Notes under the pieces: model-generated
The model's input: the letters and a program-made list of their open reading frames with translations, nothing else
The model's database searches: none
What the model was told of the DNA's origin: nothing
In this document: in pieces, positions 1 to 11,059 of the stretch
How the letters are laid out: each line of letters starts with the position of its first letter
Numbering within the stretch: position 1 is the stretch's first letter
Translations under genes and position numbers: made by a program
NCBI GenBank assembly: GCA_010015805.1
Contig: ML978148.1
Span: 1 to 41,512, forward strand
Direction of reading: 5' to 3'
Length of the DNA: 41,512 nt
Source: Rhizodiscina lignyota
Taxonomy: Eukaryota

Positions 1-1208
1 CTAGTTCTTTATATAGAAAGCCTTTTTTAACTATTTACTAATTTTAGATAGCCCTTAAACTTCGTAATACGATTAATATTTACTACTAGCACGCTCTTTA
101 AGATAAGTTTAAGAAGTAAGATAAGTATAATCTTACTCTTAATATACTCTTATAAGATAAGTAGTACGACTTTACTATTATTAAAACCCTTTTAGAACCC
201 TTTACCTTCGCTACTAAATATACTAAAGGAAATTATACTAATATAAGCCTAATAGCGTAACTACTAACTATAGAGTATATACTTAAGAGACTAAAGAAGA
301 AGAAAGAGTAGATATAGCGCGATAAGGGCTTTAGGTTCGCTATAAAAGTAGTAGAGATAATATAAAAGAAACTCGATAAGTACTATACTCTCTCTAATTA
401 AATACTAGTATACTACCTTACTACCTTCCTAGACCCTTACTTTAGTATATAGTAGTTTAAATAGTACTAAAAAGAGAAGAGTATTTAGATAACTACTATT
501 AGAAGCTTTATTAATAAGGAGTACGTAAAGTACTATATAGTATTTAGGCTAGAGTCTTAAGTATCTAATAATACTAATAACTCGTAACTTCCTCTAGTAC
601 TAGCTAGTATAGGTATATAGTAGCGCGAGAGTTACTACTTTATAAAATATACTAAGCTAGAGTATAATAATCTTAATATACTCGCGCCTAATTAACCTAC
701 TATTTATAGTAAGCTAGAACGCTATAAATAACGCCTTATTCCTGTAAAGAATATTGATATTCTTAAGTAGTAGCTATCTAATAAGGACGAATACCTAATC
801 CTATGTAAAATAGCTATTAACTACCTTAGAATCCTAGTATAGTTATTAGATATTAAGCGTTATTTTAGTATAGCTAGTAGAATAGTAACTAAGGCGAGAT
901 CTAAGCTTAAATAATATATAGTTAAGGCGATTGAATACCTTCGAAGTTAGGAGTAAGCTAGCCTTAAACCTTTCGAGAACTAGTATCTAAAGGAAGAAGA
1001 ATTAGAGAGTACTAAAGGCGAAGGCGAAGATAACGGCGATAACCTAGATTAATATACTAATCAGTATAAATTCGTACTATCTAATTGCTATAGATAATAT
1101 CTAATTTATAATGTTTAAACTTAACTATTCGCTTTTAGATTTATAGTAAATTTACAGCAATTTCGTCGAATTTCGCTCGCTGGCGCGCTCAAAGCGCGCT
1201 TAACACTA
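1..1208 (+). mobile_element. 3' part of a RIP-mutated hAT-superfamily DNA transposon, including the probable right terminus
   Basis: TpA-rich, CpA/TpG-poor sequence. + strand translation ~708-950 reads SKLERYK*RLIPVKNIDILK**LSNKDEYLILCKIAINYLRILV*LLDIKRYFSIASRIVTKARSKLK*YIVKAIEYLRS*, which matches the hAT C-terminal dimerisation domain (WW..n...yP.L..mA.dyL.iP....ER.FS....R..L....ea..cLrsW) with W/Q codons turned to TAG/TAA. A TFLDP motif lies at ~423-437. The element ends ...GCGCGCTTAACACTA at 1208 (reverse complement TAGTGTT..., a typical hAT TIR start). Confidence 0.85.
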
Positions 1209-1314
1209 TATAAATCTGTTATCAGTGGCAAATCTATTCAATATATATTAATCTCGATGCAATTCGATGATTTATAAGCCGACGCTATTTAGATGCGACC
1301 CCCGCCGACGCGGT

Positions 1315-2685
1315 TTAGATGCGTTTGGATGCGTCGAAGCGCCACGCTGCCATGAGTTGATGCAAAATGGCAGAGTTTTCGTCTGTAGACATTCCCGGGA
1401 CTTCTGCCGCGTAGTTCGAGGGCCTCTTTGACATTTGGCTGTTGGCAAGCGCGTTGAAATCGCCATATTTCACAGATGGCGTCAGAGGTGGCTTCGAGGG
1501 TGAGTCGTAACTGTCCCCTTCAGGACCACCGTGGTCCGCCTTCTTGGAAGAGTTAGCAGTTTGATGCGGCGACTTTATATTTTCCAGTTTTGCAGCTTGC
1601 TGAACTACCAAGGTACCATGGACTCTTAGTTGGTTGTACTCTCTGTCATCGACCACGCCAATCGCGCTCAAATGCATAAAAAGCAATTGTTCTCCCTGGG
1701 ATGCTGTCTGCCCGTCCAGAGTGACCTCACCATCACGATGGTGGTCAGCTACGTGCTGCATGCGAAACGCCCAAGCATCGGGACCGATACTGGAATTGGA
1801 TGGCAATCCAGTGCAATGAGGAAACGGACAAGCCACTCGCTTTGGTAGTGCACGGTCATAGAAATGGCCTATTGCGTGATTGGCCCAATCAGATTCTGTT
1901 TCGAATGTTTCAAAACAGTGGAGGAAAAAGAATGGACACGGGTATCTGACATTCTCGGTAGACTTGACGGTATCGTTGATTGTGTATGACTGAGTGGGAT
2001 GCATTGACCTCCGTGCATTGGGGCTCTGGTGCTGCCGTGTTCGGTCAGTTGTCAGTTGTACATCGATGTCGTTTAACTGTGTGACCGTGTCTCTATCATA
2101 TATCGAGATCGTATCGATTGAGCTCCGTTGGTATACAGCACCAGAAGCCGGAGGCCTCTGGAGCTGATTGTTACCAGCAGCGAAGGAGCGACTGAGTTCG
2201 CTCGTAGTGGTTTCGCTTGAATAGCTTCGATCTAAAGATGGTTCACAGTCGATGGAGCTGCCCTGGTCCGCAAGCCTTGAAGCTCCAGATCCTTGCGATC
2301 TCAGACCACTGGGCGCTGTGAGGTTTGGATCCAGTACCTGAATCTCATATCCTTTAGCGGCCGGGAGTGATTTGAACTCGTTATCGTTCCCCCTTTCTGA
2401 TTTGGGGGGGATATTGTCTGTTTGACTGGGAGAAAGTTCGAAGCCTGCAAATATTGCCGAAAGGCGGTTGCTCTGATCATTGAGCCATTGGCCGAGGCCC
2501 CAGCTGATCGTCTGAGACATAAGGTGACTGATCTGTGGAAACGAGTCTGTAGTGGAATCCCAATAATGAATTGCTACGGAAAGCGGCGAGGATTTCAATG
2601 AAGAATATCGACAGGAGTCATTGGCGACGAAATGCGTACCAACAATAATGAGATTGTGCGCAGCTGCGCACAGAGCGTCCACCAA
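1315..2685 (-). CDS. Fungal protein with C-terminal C2H2-like zinc-finger region; 5' exon structure uncertain
   Basis: Long ORF containing CPFFFLHC-x12-H-x3-H and CPFPHC...HVADHH motifs after an S/T/P-rich region. A probable minus-strand intron GTACGC...CCGTAG at ~2639-2575 implies the true start is upstream of the ORF-track start. Confidence 0.7.
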   Translation of the reverse strand: MVDALCAAAHNLIIVGTHFVANDSCRYSSLKSSPLSVAIHYWDSTTDSFPQISHLMSQTISWGLGQWLNDQSNRLSAIFAGFELSPSQTDNIPPKSERGNDNEFKSLPAAKGYEIQVLDPNLTAPSGLRSQGSGASRLADQGSSIDCEPSLDRSYSSETTTSELSRSFAAGNNQLQRPPASGAVYQRSSIDTISIYDRDTVTQLNDIDVQLTTDRTRQHQSPNARRSMHPTQSYTINDTVKSTENVRYPCPFFFLHCFETFETESDWANHAIGHFYDRALPKRVACPFPHCTGLPSNSSIGPDAWAFRMQHVADHHRDGEVTLDGQTASQGEQLLFMHLSAIGVVDDREYNQLRVHGTLVVQQAAKLENIKSPHQTANSSKKADHGGPEGDSYDSPSKPPLTPSVKYGDFNALANSQMSKRPSNYAAEVPGMSTDENSAILHQLMAAWRFDASKRI

Positions 2686-3895
2686 TCACTCTCCAGTCTC
2701 CGCAAGGCCTCCTCCTACTTACTTACATACAGAGTTTCAAGTTACAGCACTACTAATGCATCGCCTGGTTGGAATCTCTTTCTGTCTGCCCATCCGTACG
2801 CGAGATTTGTGAGGCCATATCCAGAACGAGACAATGAAGGAGACGGAAGGCGGTGCGACTTGGTGTCGCGTGGATATGAGCTCGGGAGGTGGCGCTAAGC
2901 CGAACGCGGCTCGTGCATTAGCAGGATCGCTGGACCGTGCTAGCGCATTGCGGGGACATGGGGAAGGCACGATGGACGATTCAGGGCAGCGCTCGGTCAG
3001 CTCGTCTGCTGCCCCTCCATCCATCGTTCCATTTGATGTCGACTTCAGCTTCAGAAATTGCGTCGAGACGCGAAGTCCATACGCTTTGTTGTGCCTTGAG
3101 TCAGGCTGTGCTGATCACCAAAGTGTCGACTTTGTTTTGCCTGTCTTGGCGAGCCAGGGCTGTAAAGTGACGTCGGTTCTGCTGCACGCGCGCTTTTGCG
3201 GAAATAGAGGAGATGCAGCAGTCATCGAATCATCTAGAAACAGTGCAACGACCCGGGCTCTGAGCACGTCTGAGCGACCATCACGGCCCATCTCACCTCA
3301 CGAGACCTTTGCAAATGACAACTTGCGGCTCTTGAGTGCATGTGGGGCTTTTCAATCACCTCACGCGGATCAGCCCAGCTCCCCTAGCGTCAGGTACGAG
3401 TACACGAGACCATCTGAACAGCTTGCAAAACCTCAATGGCCGCGAAAAGGAGCGTGCTTAGAATTGGAAAATGCAAGAAATTGACTTGATGAATGTACTT
3501 TTGCAACAGTGTGATTCGCCGCTGGCAAGCTCTGAAGCTGCTTTGTCGCCGGCTTTCACAGCTGTCTGTGTATATGGCGGTCGTCGGAACAGCAGTGCCG
3601 TCAGCGTCGGAGCTGTATAGACCACCCAATGGAAATTGGCAATTGAACACGTCGCTGCAAGGTACAGAATCGCGTGCAAATGGTGGCTTTAGGGTCGCTC
3701 CAGATGCGGCAGTGGTGCCATCAGATCACCCACGTCACGCGACTCTGCTGCAAGCCAGACCTCTAAGAGAGCTTCGATGCCGAGACAACCACCTCCTCTC
3801 CTCTACACCTCACCTCTACTGCTTATAACCTCGAACAACAACCAATCTCGCTCTATCACCCATTTTCTTCACCGTTGACCTCGAATTTCGCCAGA

Positions 3896-4701
3896 AGTGA
3901 GTATCTGTTCTTTGTTTCTGCGTCCCCACTCGCTCCATCCCTTATCCCCAGTATCCGAGTGGGTACACGTCACGCATCATTCAACCTTACCCCTTGGTTC
4001 AATTTATAATCTCAATCTAACTGGAATCTCAATCGCAGTGACCCGCTCCCACAAATTCAACGATCGTGACCATTCTGGCGGTGAGTTTATCTGATATCAA
4101 CCCCATTAGCGCTAGTTCAGCTCGTGCTGACGCATCACCAGAGCAAGTCCTCGACGACGGAACTCACCATCTTCCCAAGTTCTTTGCTAAGAGTGGCTTT
4201 GTCGATACCGACCCAAAGAAAGTCAAGAAAAACGGTGGTGGTCGTGGCAATTGGTACGTCATATTCTTCTCACATTTACCGTCAACCCCGCGGACCCTTC
4301 TAGCCTTCTATTCACACATAATGCAAACAAACACCTCGTAACTAAAGCAACGTTAAACACCACAATGCTACTCCATCTATGTCTCAAGACAATCGATTCG
4401 CTGACTTGTCACCACTTCCAGGGGCCATGAAGGTGACGAGATTGAGGATGTAGGCTTCAACATGGCCAACCCCCGTCGCCGCTCCAACTCTTCCTCCCAC
4501 ACCGCTACCATAGCCTCCTTCAAGACCAAGTTCGAGACCGTCGAGCCGGAGCCCGTCTTCGAGGAGGAGATCCACGGCGCACCACGTGGCGTGACTCACA
4601 ACGATGAGGAGGGTAGTGTTGACTTGGAGAAGACCTCTACCGGCAGCACTGGCACCAGCGGCAGTGTCGAAGAAGAGGAGATGGCCGAGAAGAAGATGTA
4701 A
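3896..4701 (+). CDS. STF2-like (ATPase-stabilising factor 15 kDa family) small hydrophilic protein, 4 exons
   Basis: Spliced translation MTRSHKFNDRDHSGEQVLDDGTHHLPKFFAKSGFVDTDPKKVKKNGGGRGNWGHEGDEIEDVGFNMANPRRRSNSSSH... Canonical introns at 3897-4038, 4081-4141 and 4254-4421, each with a CTAAC/CTGAC branch site. The DPKKVKKNGGGRGNWG and RRRSNS motifs are typical of the STF2/TMA10 family. Confidence 0.85.
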
Positions 4702-5033
4702 TGTTCCTTCTTCGGAAGCTACATTGGCGCTGTGAGACCGTCAGGCAACTATGCTCGGCCCTTTCCACAGGCAGCCCTTTTGCGGACTGGCGTTTGTGCG
4801 ACTGGGGAATCTGTGATAACAGCAACTTTTTTTCCTCTCCTTTGAAGAATGAACTTAGGGGATCAAGCGAAATGGTGTGGATGGTTTCATCAATCTGCAC
4901 TTGTTTCGACATGATCTGACGAGACCAATGACGACTTTCTTCTTCTCTCCCCAGTCGGAGCTTCAGGAAATGCAGAATACATGAAATGTAACAATAGCAA
5001 ATTCACTCATGCTATCTGCAGTTGGTGCTCGTG

Positions 5034-5987
5034 TCATTGAGTCTCGTGCATCGTCTGCTTCGCGTCGTTTATTGTCTTGCGTGTGATCCGGTATCTTTCT
5101 CGCGGTCAGCAGCTCACATTCCACAAGCTGGAAGCTCTTGCTTACAGATGAATGTTCTCCCTTCTCCACTCGTCCGCCTCGCGCTTCACTTCCGCGCCAT
5201 CAACGTCATCTGCACCCACTTCCGCCACCTCGAACCGCTTCCGCAGCTCCCGTGCGAACCCCATATCCGCACGCCGTCTTCGCTTAAAGCAGAACCAGCA
5301 CACAGTGTTTGACCCAAGCAGATCAGACAATGTGCTCTGAAGCAGCGGGAATGCTGGCTCAAAGTACACGCAGTCTGCTGCGAGAATAACATCTGGTGGA
5401 ACGGGGAGATTGGATGGCGGAGGAGAGCCCCATGAATACACGGCTGGAGTGATGGAAGGTGACTGAGATGAGAAGTTGAGAGCGATGTTTTGCTGCATCA
5501 GTGGCAGCATTTGTGGGAGATCCGTAATGTGGATTTGGGTTGAGGGATTGTGCTTCAACGCGAGGGTGAGTGCTAGACTTGAAGGCGTTTAGAGATCATC
5601 CTCCTTCGAAAATGGCCTCAAGCCAGACGTACCCAACGAGACCGCCACCAGCTCCCAATTCAATCCTACAGTCACATTAGTCAAAGTCACATGCTAGACT
5701 TGTGTGGTGTCTGTGCAGGAGCGTACAAACATTGATCGGCCCTCTATATCTTTTCGTTGATGCCTCAGTAAGTACTTTGCCAGAACCATACCGGCCGGCC
5801 ATGCTTGACCGCCATTGCCTTCTTTCAGGTCTTCTTGAAGGCGTAATGGTGGATCGAGAAGGCCGTCGAAATCGACGGTGAGAATACCGGCGGCTTTGTG
5901 GGTGCGAGAGGGGACGAAGTCTTCTGAGATGTTGAATGGGTTTGTTTCTGCACTCTCAGGATCAGATATATGAGCTGGATCTGCCAT
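5034..5987 (-). CDS. EFM6: Protein-lysine N-methyltransferase, EFM6/METTL21-like (Methyltransf_16 family)
   Basis: Exons carry EDLKEGNGGQAWPAGMVLAKYLL, IELGAGGGLVG (SAM-binding motif I), DVILAADCVYFEPAFPLL and CFKRRRRAD. The last exon, after a GTAAGC...AAAG intron, reads YRITRKTINDAKQTMHETQ* with the stop at 5034-5036. Confidence 0.85.
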
Positions 5988-6433
5988 TTCGGGGGTTTTG
6001 TTGAAAGGACAAGATGAAGTTGAGATACGGATGGGGCTTGGTGTGAGAATTTTCGGGGAATTGTTATAATGTCGAGGTGGTAGTGCACTTTGCGGAAGAA
6101 AATCCCAAGTGGTCCGCAGTTCAATTTCGTAACTAATGCAGAAGGCTCATGTCTCTTTAAACCGTTCGTGGTTACCAGTGAACCAGAGCTGGAGTCTCTT
6201 TAATTGGGAGTCTCGCAAAAGCAACTCGTTGTCGTCTCGTACTTGTCAGCTTACTTAATAGCCTCGACATTATAACTGGGCTAGATTACTAGTTATCAGA
6301 CGCGTCGCGTCCGCCTCACCTGTATCACCGCACTACTTTCAGTCCACCCTCCATCTCTTCAAGGGAGCTTTATGCATCTCACAGCTTCTCACATTGATCT
6401 CCCACACCGCTTCAACCATGATTCACACCTCCA

Positions 6434-6901
6434 ATGGACTTGCTTGGTCCTCGAATACGCCAAGTCGCAGAGTGCGATTCGGGAATGGTCTCCAAGGTGA
6501 AGTCGATTGAGAAGCGGTCATTCCCACGAAGTGAGGCTCTAGACTTTGACGCAGAACTTAAAAAGTGTAATACCACATTACTCGTGGCAACGCTCAATCG
6601 AGAATCACGCGAAAAACTTGGCGGCTACTGTGTGTTCGCACGCGTAAGGAGAGATGTCCTTCTCCACAAAATCTGCGTTGAGGAGGATGTCAGGCGTCAA
6701 GGCATAGCTTACGCAATGATCCAACATGTTCGGCAGACCGTAGGACAAAAGTCAGACAAGATCATCCTTTGGGTCGATGAAGCAAGACTACCAGCGAGGA
6801 AGCTCTATGAGAGATGTGGTTTCGCGGAGTTGGAGACTTGTCTGGATTACTATGGTCCCGGAAGGCATGGGCTGAAAATGATCCTCAAATTGGCGACTTG
6901 A
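6434..6901 (+). CDS. GNAT-family (RimI-like) N-acetyltransferase
   Basis: 155-aa ORF with the acetyl-CoA motif LHKICVEEDVRRQGIA, ARKLYERCGF and C-terminal DYYGPGRHGLKM. Confidence 0.85.
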   Translation: MDLLGPRIRQVAECDSGMVSKVKSIEKRSFPRSEALDFDAELKKCNTTLLVATLNRESREKLGGYCVFARVRRDVLLHKICVEEDVRRQGIAYAMIQHVRQTVGQKSDKIILWVDEARLPARKLYERCGFAELETCLDYYGPGRHGLKMILKLAT

Positions 6902-7309
6902 GTCTATTTCTCCTGAAGATTGTCTTTTATGGGCACCAATCTTTTCTTGCATGGCGCACAGAATGGGTCGCGCGACAGCCGAGCATCTGGCCCATCCCTT
7001 GCCAGCGTCCTGATATCGGACCACCACTAATATCTCTCATTCTTCTGTCGCGCATTTTCCATTCTTCTCTAGCCATCCTAAATTAACGGAGCAAGGGAAT
7101 CTTCGTGGATGCTCACTGTCCATCTCTTCCCATTCTGTCATCTTTGTAGTACCCGCACACTTGAGACAGTCTGGATGTCTCGACCATCGCAGGAAACCTT
7201 TCGTATACGGCGGAGACGGGTCTGCTTCGAGCCTTGAGGCGGCATGGTCAGCACTCAGGCCATTATGAGTGCACCACTGCTGTTCATCCTGTTCATCAGG
7301 CGAAATACG

Positions 7310-10300
7310 ATGGCACTTCTTGTCCTCTCCGCTCTCCTCTCCTTCGCCGTCGCGGCTCCACAGCTCGCCCTTCCCTTCAACTCGCAAGTCCCGCCTGTTG
7401 CTCGGGTCGGAAACTCATTTAGTTTTACTTTCTCGCCGACCACCTTCAAACCAAACAGCTCCAAGTTTCAGTACAGCATTTCGGGTGGGCCCGCGTGGCT
7501 TCAATTTGATGCGCCGTACCGCACACTATGGGGAACGCCAGGAGCCGCCGATGCCGGCACGACGAAATTCACTATAACAGCATCGGATGGGAGTGGCTCG
7601 ACGCAGATGTCCTGTATACTCATCGTGTCGACAAGTCAGGCGCCAATGAGCCGTACAGACGTATCGGGTGTCTTGCGAGGAGCGGGGAATATGACCGGAC
7701 CGACGACTTTACTCACACATCCATCTCAGAAGTTTGAAGTCGACTTCTTTCCAAATAGTTTCGACGGCCACGGCAAGAAATTGTCCTTTTACGCGACACT
7801 TGCCGATCATACTCCTCTGCCATCGTGGCTCTCTTTCAATTCCCAGACGTTACACTTCTCCGGGGTGCCACCAAAGTTATCGTCCTCCCCGCAAGACTTC
7901 AACGTGCTACTCATCGCCTCTGATGTAGCTGGATTTGCTGGCGTCTCAGAACAGTATACGATTACTGTTAGCACCCATACCTGGGCCTTTGACCCCCAAG
8001 ATCAAACGTTTGACATCCCTTCTGGATCATCCGTCAATATTGGCAACTTACAGTCTCTGCTGCTGTCAGACCATGGAAAGAGCCAGGGGTCGGTTATGGA
8101 ACAAGCGGATGCAAATGTACCTTCTTGGCTGAATTTTGACTCTCAGTCACTTGCCATTACGGGCACGCCTCCAGCGGGACTCAAGCAGCAGGACGTTAAC
8201 ATTACGGCCTATGATCATTATGGTGACGTCGCGAACCTTACGTTGCACCTCCGATTTGATTCGCTCTTCAATGGGGAGATTGGACCGCTCGATGTGCAAA
8301 TTGGCAAGAAATTTCAGTACACTATTAGTAGATCCGTGCTTGTGAATCCAGACTCAACAGTCAGCGTTGAATTGGGCCAAGCCTCATCCTGGTTACATTT
8401 CGACTCTCAAAATCTGGAATTAGAAGGCACGGTGCCAGAAGGTGCACAGACCGGACTTATCGCTGCAAATATCACCATCACTACTGCAGACCATTCAGGT
8501 AGTGATACAAAGCCATTAGAAATTTATATCAGAAAGCCAGCCGTCTCACCGAGCAGCTCGGGGCTTGGATCGCCTGGCGCTTCCCCTACATCAACCACCA
8601 ATAGCACAGTGGAGACCTCTACCCCGGAATATTCTTCACAGAGGCCCTCAAGCAAGGCCAAGGGAATTATCGCAGCTATTGTCATCTGCTCACTTCTCGG
8701 ATTTGTCGCATTCATTCTCATTGTGCTATATTGTCGTTGTCCGAAATCTTGGAGGAAGCCTCACAAGCCGCCTTCCAAGACGGACATCTCGCGGCCATTG
8801 CCTAATGAGAAAAGTGATTCGGCTATAGATCTAGAGATAGGAACTTCCGATGTCAGGACTCCAGAACTCCTTCCGCAGCTTCCATTCAACCTCTCTCCGG
8901 TAAAGACTGCCAGAACTCCGAGGCGTCCACTACCAACTTCTTCGAAACGAATGACAAGTCGTTCGAGATTCCGTCGGTCTCTTGCAAGCTCAATTATTGA
9001 AGAGGGTGATGCGGAGATACTCACCAACTTTGATCGTTCCTCGTGGGGCTACGGTGGGAACGCAGCAGGATCACACAACCCTCACGATTCAATGAAGATC
9101 CCAACAGCGATTGCACGTGAGTCCCATAATTCAACCATACTCCATGGACGCCACTCCGATACTCGTTCCAGCGCCTTTGGCCAACTTAAAGATCGGCGCA
9201 GCAACGGATATCGACGAATCACTGGCCGTGGGCATGGCCGGGACTCCTTCTTTTGCACTCATTGCGGAAGCATCACCTACGGTTATGAGGTGGGGAACTG
9301 CATCTACTGCAAGAATAGAGATAGCTTGCAACCGCCCAGGCCACAGGAGGACATCAGCGAAAGCTCGTACGGCACCAATTCTACGAGTATGATTTCCACG
9401 ACACCGAGCGCATTCCCCATCCCTCCAACATGGAAGTCCAACTCGGTAAGCAAAATGCCGAGATTGTTGCGTGTTTCTGGCACACTCAGGTCAGACAGGG
9501 CAGAGACAGGGAAGGGCTCGGAGGCCTCGGATGTTGCGAGCGAGTTGCCGGATAGAAGGAGCATCTACGACAAGCGGCAGAGCTATGTTCGGCGTCGTAC
9601 ATTGAATCCTTCACCATTCTTTTCTTCGAGGCGAGAAAGCTCTGGGAGTAGCAAAGCCGTCGCACAGATGTCTGGAGCAAATGGAAGCGGGAATCCTAAT
9701 GCGGGCTCAAGTGCGTCGCTTCGCCATATTGGATCGCACCGCCCGGTGGTGCGCACGTATTCTGGCAGTTCTAGCTTGGAGCCGGCACCGCTTTCGAAGA
9801 GAACAGAAGAGAAGGGAAAAGGCATTCGGGCCCGATGGGCGGAGGGGTTCCCAAGAGCTGTCGGTTTTTCAAGGGTGGCGAGTAAAGTCAGGAACAGCAT
9901 CTCGAGCACGCAGCGATTCGAGGACGCGAGTGAACCTGAGACCTTGAGTGTCTACTCGCAAGATCCGCAAGGTGATACGGAAGCCAGTGTCAGCCGCTCG
10001 ATTGATTCCCTCCGGGCAAGAGACAGCGCTTATTTGGGACACGCCATTACCACTAGTGAGCCAGCAACACATCCTCCATTAGGGCCGTTGCCCATTCCGC
10101 CAAAATCGCCGCTGAGGAAACGAAGTCAAACGCAGCCAACTCTGGGTGAGGACGATGGTATTCTGGAATATCCCCCGGAGGAGACGCCGACGATCGAAGA
10201 GCCAAGTGTTGCCGTAGCAATACGGAAGGCTAGGCTGCAGCAGACACGGCGGAGGAACAAAACAGCGGGCGGGAAGGTGAAGATCTATCCGGATCTGAAG

Positions 10301-10504
10301 AGAGCGTCAATTATCGATCGACCAAAGTCTAGTTATCGAGCTCCATTGGAAGAGAAGAGGGACTCGAATTTGTCGCTGAGGAGCAGAACTGATGATGCGG
10401 GAGACGGTAAGCGAAGTGAGGCTGCGGCGGAGCAAGCAAAGAGCGGTGGGAAGGGCAAGCAAAGAGCGGAAACGCCTCTCAGAGGAAATGAGGCGTTCCT
10501 TTGA
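7310..10504 (+). CDS. AXL2: Axl2-like type I membrane protein with cadherin-like/putative Ig (He_PIG) repeats
   Basis: Signal peptide MALLVLSALLSFAVAA from ATG 7310, then PFNSQVPPVARVG, four P-S/A-WL-x-F-D/N...GTP Ig-like repeats, an S/T-rich stalk, TM helix IIAAIVICSLLGFVAFILIVLY, the SKTDISRP motif and a long disordered cytoplasmic tail. Confidence 0.8.
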   Translation: MALLVLSALLSFAVAAPQLALPFNSQVPPVARVGNSFSFTFSPTTFKPNSSKFQYSISGGPAWLQFDAPYRTLWGTPGAADAGTTKFTITASDGSGSTQMSCILIVSTSQAPMSRTDVSGVLRGAGNMTGPTTLLTHPSQKFEVDFFPNSFDGHGKKLSFYATLADHTPLPSWLSFNSQTLHFSGVPPKLSSSPQDFNVLLIASDVAGFAGVSEQYTITVSTHTWAFDPQDQTFDIPSGSSVNIGNLQSLLLSDHGKSQGSVMEQADANVPSWLNFDSQSLAITGTPPAGLKQQDVNITAYDHYGDVANLTLHLRFDSLFNGEIGPLDVQIGKKFQYTISRSVLVNPDSTVSVELGQASSWLHFDSQNLELEGTVPEGAQTGLIAANITITTADHSGSDTKPLEIYIRKPAVSPSSSGLGSPGASPTSTTNSTVETSTPEYSSQRPSSKAKGIIAAIVICSLLGFVAFILIVLYCRCPKSWRKPHKPPSKTDISRPLPNEKSDSAIDLEIGTSDVRTPELLPQLPFNLSPVKTARTPRRPLPTSSKRMTSRSRFRRSLASSIIEEGDAEILTNFDRSSWGYGGNAAGSHNPHDSMKIPTAIARESHNSTILHGRHSDTRSSAFGQLKDRRSNGYRRITGRGHGRDSFFCTHCGSITYGYEVGNCIYCKNRDSLQPPRPQEDISESSYGTNSTSMISTTPSAFPIPPTWKSNSVSKMPRLLRVSGTLRSDRAETGKGSEASDVASELPDRRSIYDKRQSYVRRRTLNPSPFFSSRRESSGSSKAVAQMSGANGSGNPNAGSSASLRHIGSHRPVVRTYSGSSSLEPAPLSKRTEEKGKGIRARWAEGFPRAVGFSRVASKVRNSISSTQRFEDASEPETLSVYSQDPQGDTEASVSRSIDSLRARDSAYLGHAITTSEPATHPPLGPLPIPPKSPLRKRSQTQPTLGEDDGILEYPPEETPTIEEPSVAVAIRKARLQQTRRRNKTAGGKVKIYPDLKRASIIDRPKSSYRAPLEEKRDSNLSLRSRTDDAGDGKRSEAAAEQAKSGGKGKQRAETPLRGNEAFL

Positions 10505-11059
10505 GGTGCGGCAAGCTTCGAGTCAGCCTACCGGGAATCACGCTGTGACGAAGAGTGTTCCAGAACAGCTCAGCGGCAACGTTTGACACTCTGTCCTGCA
10601 GTCTGCGACAATGCTCAGAGCTCCAATTTAGCGAAGTTCTGCTTTCCTCCTTGATTGAAGTCAAGGTAGTCTGTGATCGTCCTGATTTCGTCTTGGAATC
10701 TGTCATTGCTGCCGCTAATCCCTTGGGTCCAGCTCGAGAACAAAGAAATTCTTGATATTTGAAGATAACCCTGTCCATTTGAAGCGTATGAAATATCAAA
10801 TCCACTTGCAACCTATTGGCCATCAGTTGTCCGTGAGAATAACATGCTTCTTCCTGTACAATTGGGACAACATGTCTCCTCTAACAACGTCATGTTCATA
10901 TAAGACCCTGCAACGCCCATTTGTAATTTTCTACTGTATCCGATCATGTCCAGCACTAATTCAACTGGAAGACTCCCCTTCCCTCAGCCGCATGGCTTCA
11001 CGTTGTAGCTTCTCACATCTGTGATGCGTTTACATGGCGCGCTCGCATACAAGAGATAC

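Noticed and set aside
2834..3484. 216-aa + strand ORF and overlapping minus-strand ORF 2737-3024
   Set aside because: No recognisable motifs, and I could not build a consistent spliced model. One may hold upstream exons of the zinc-finger gene, but this is unsupported.
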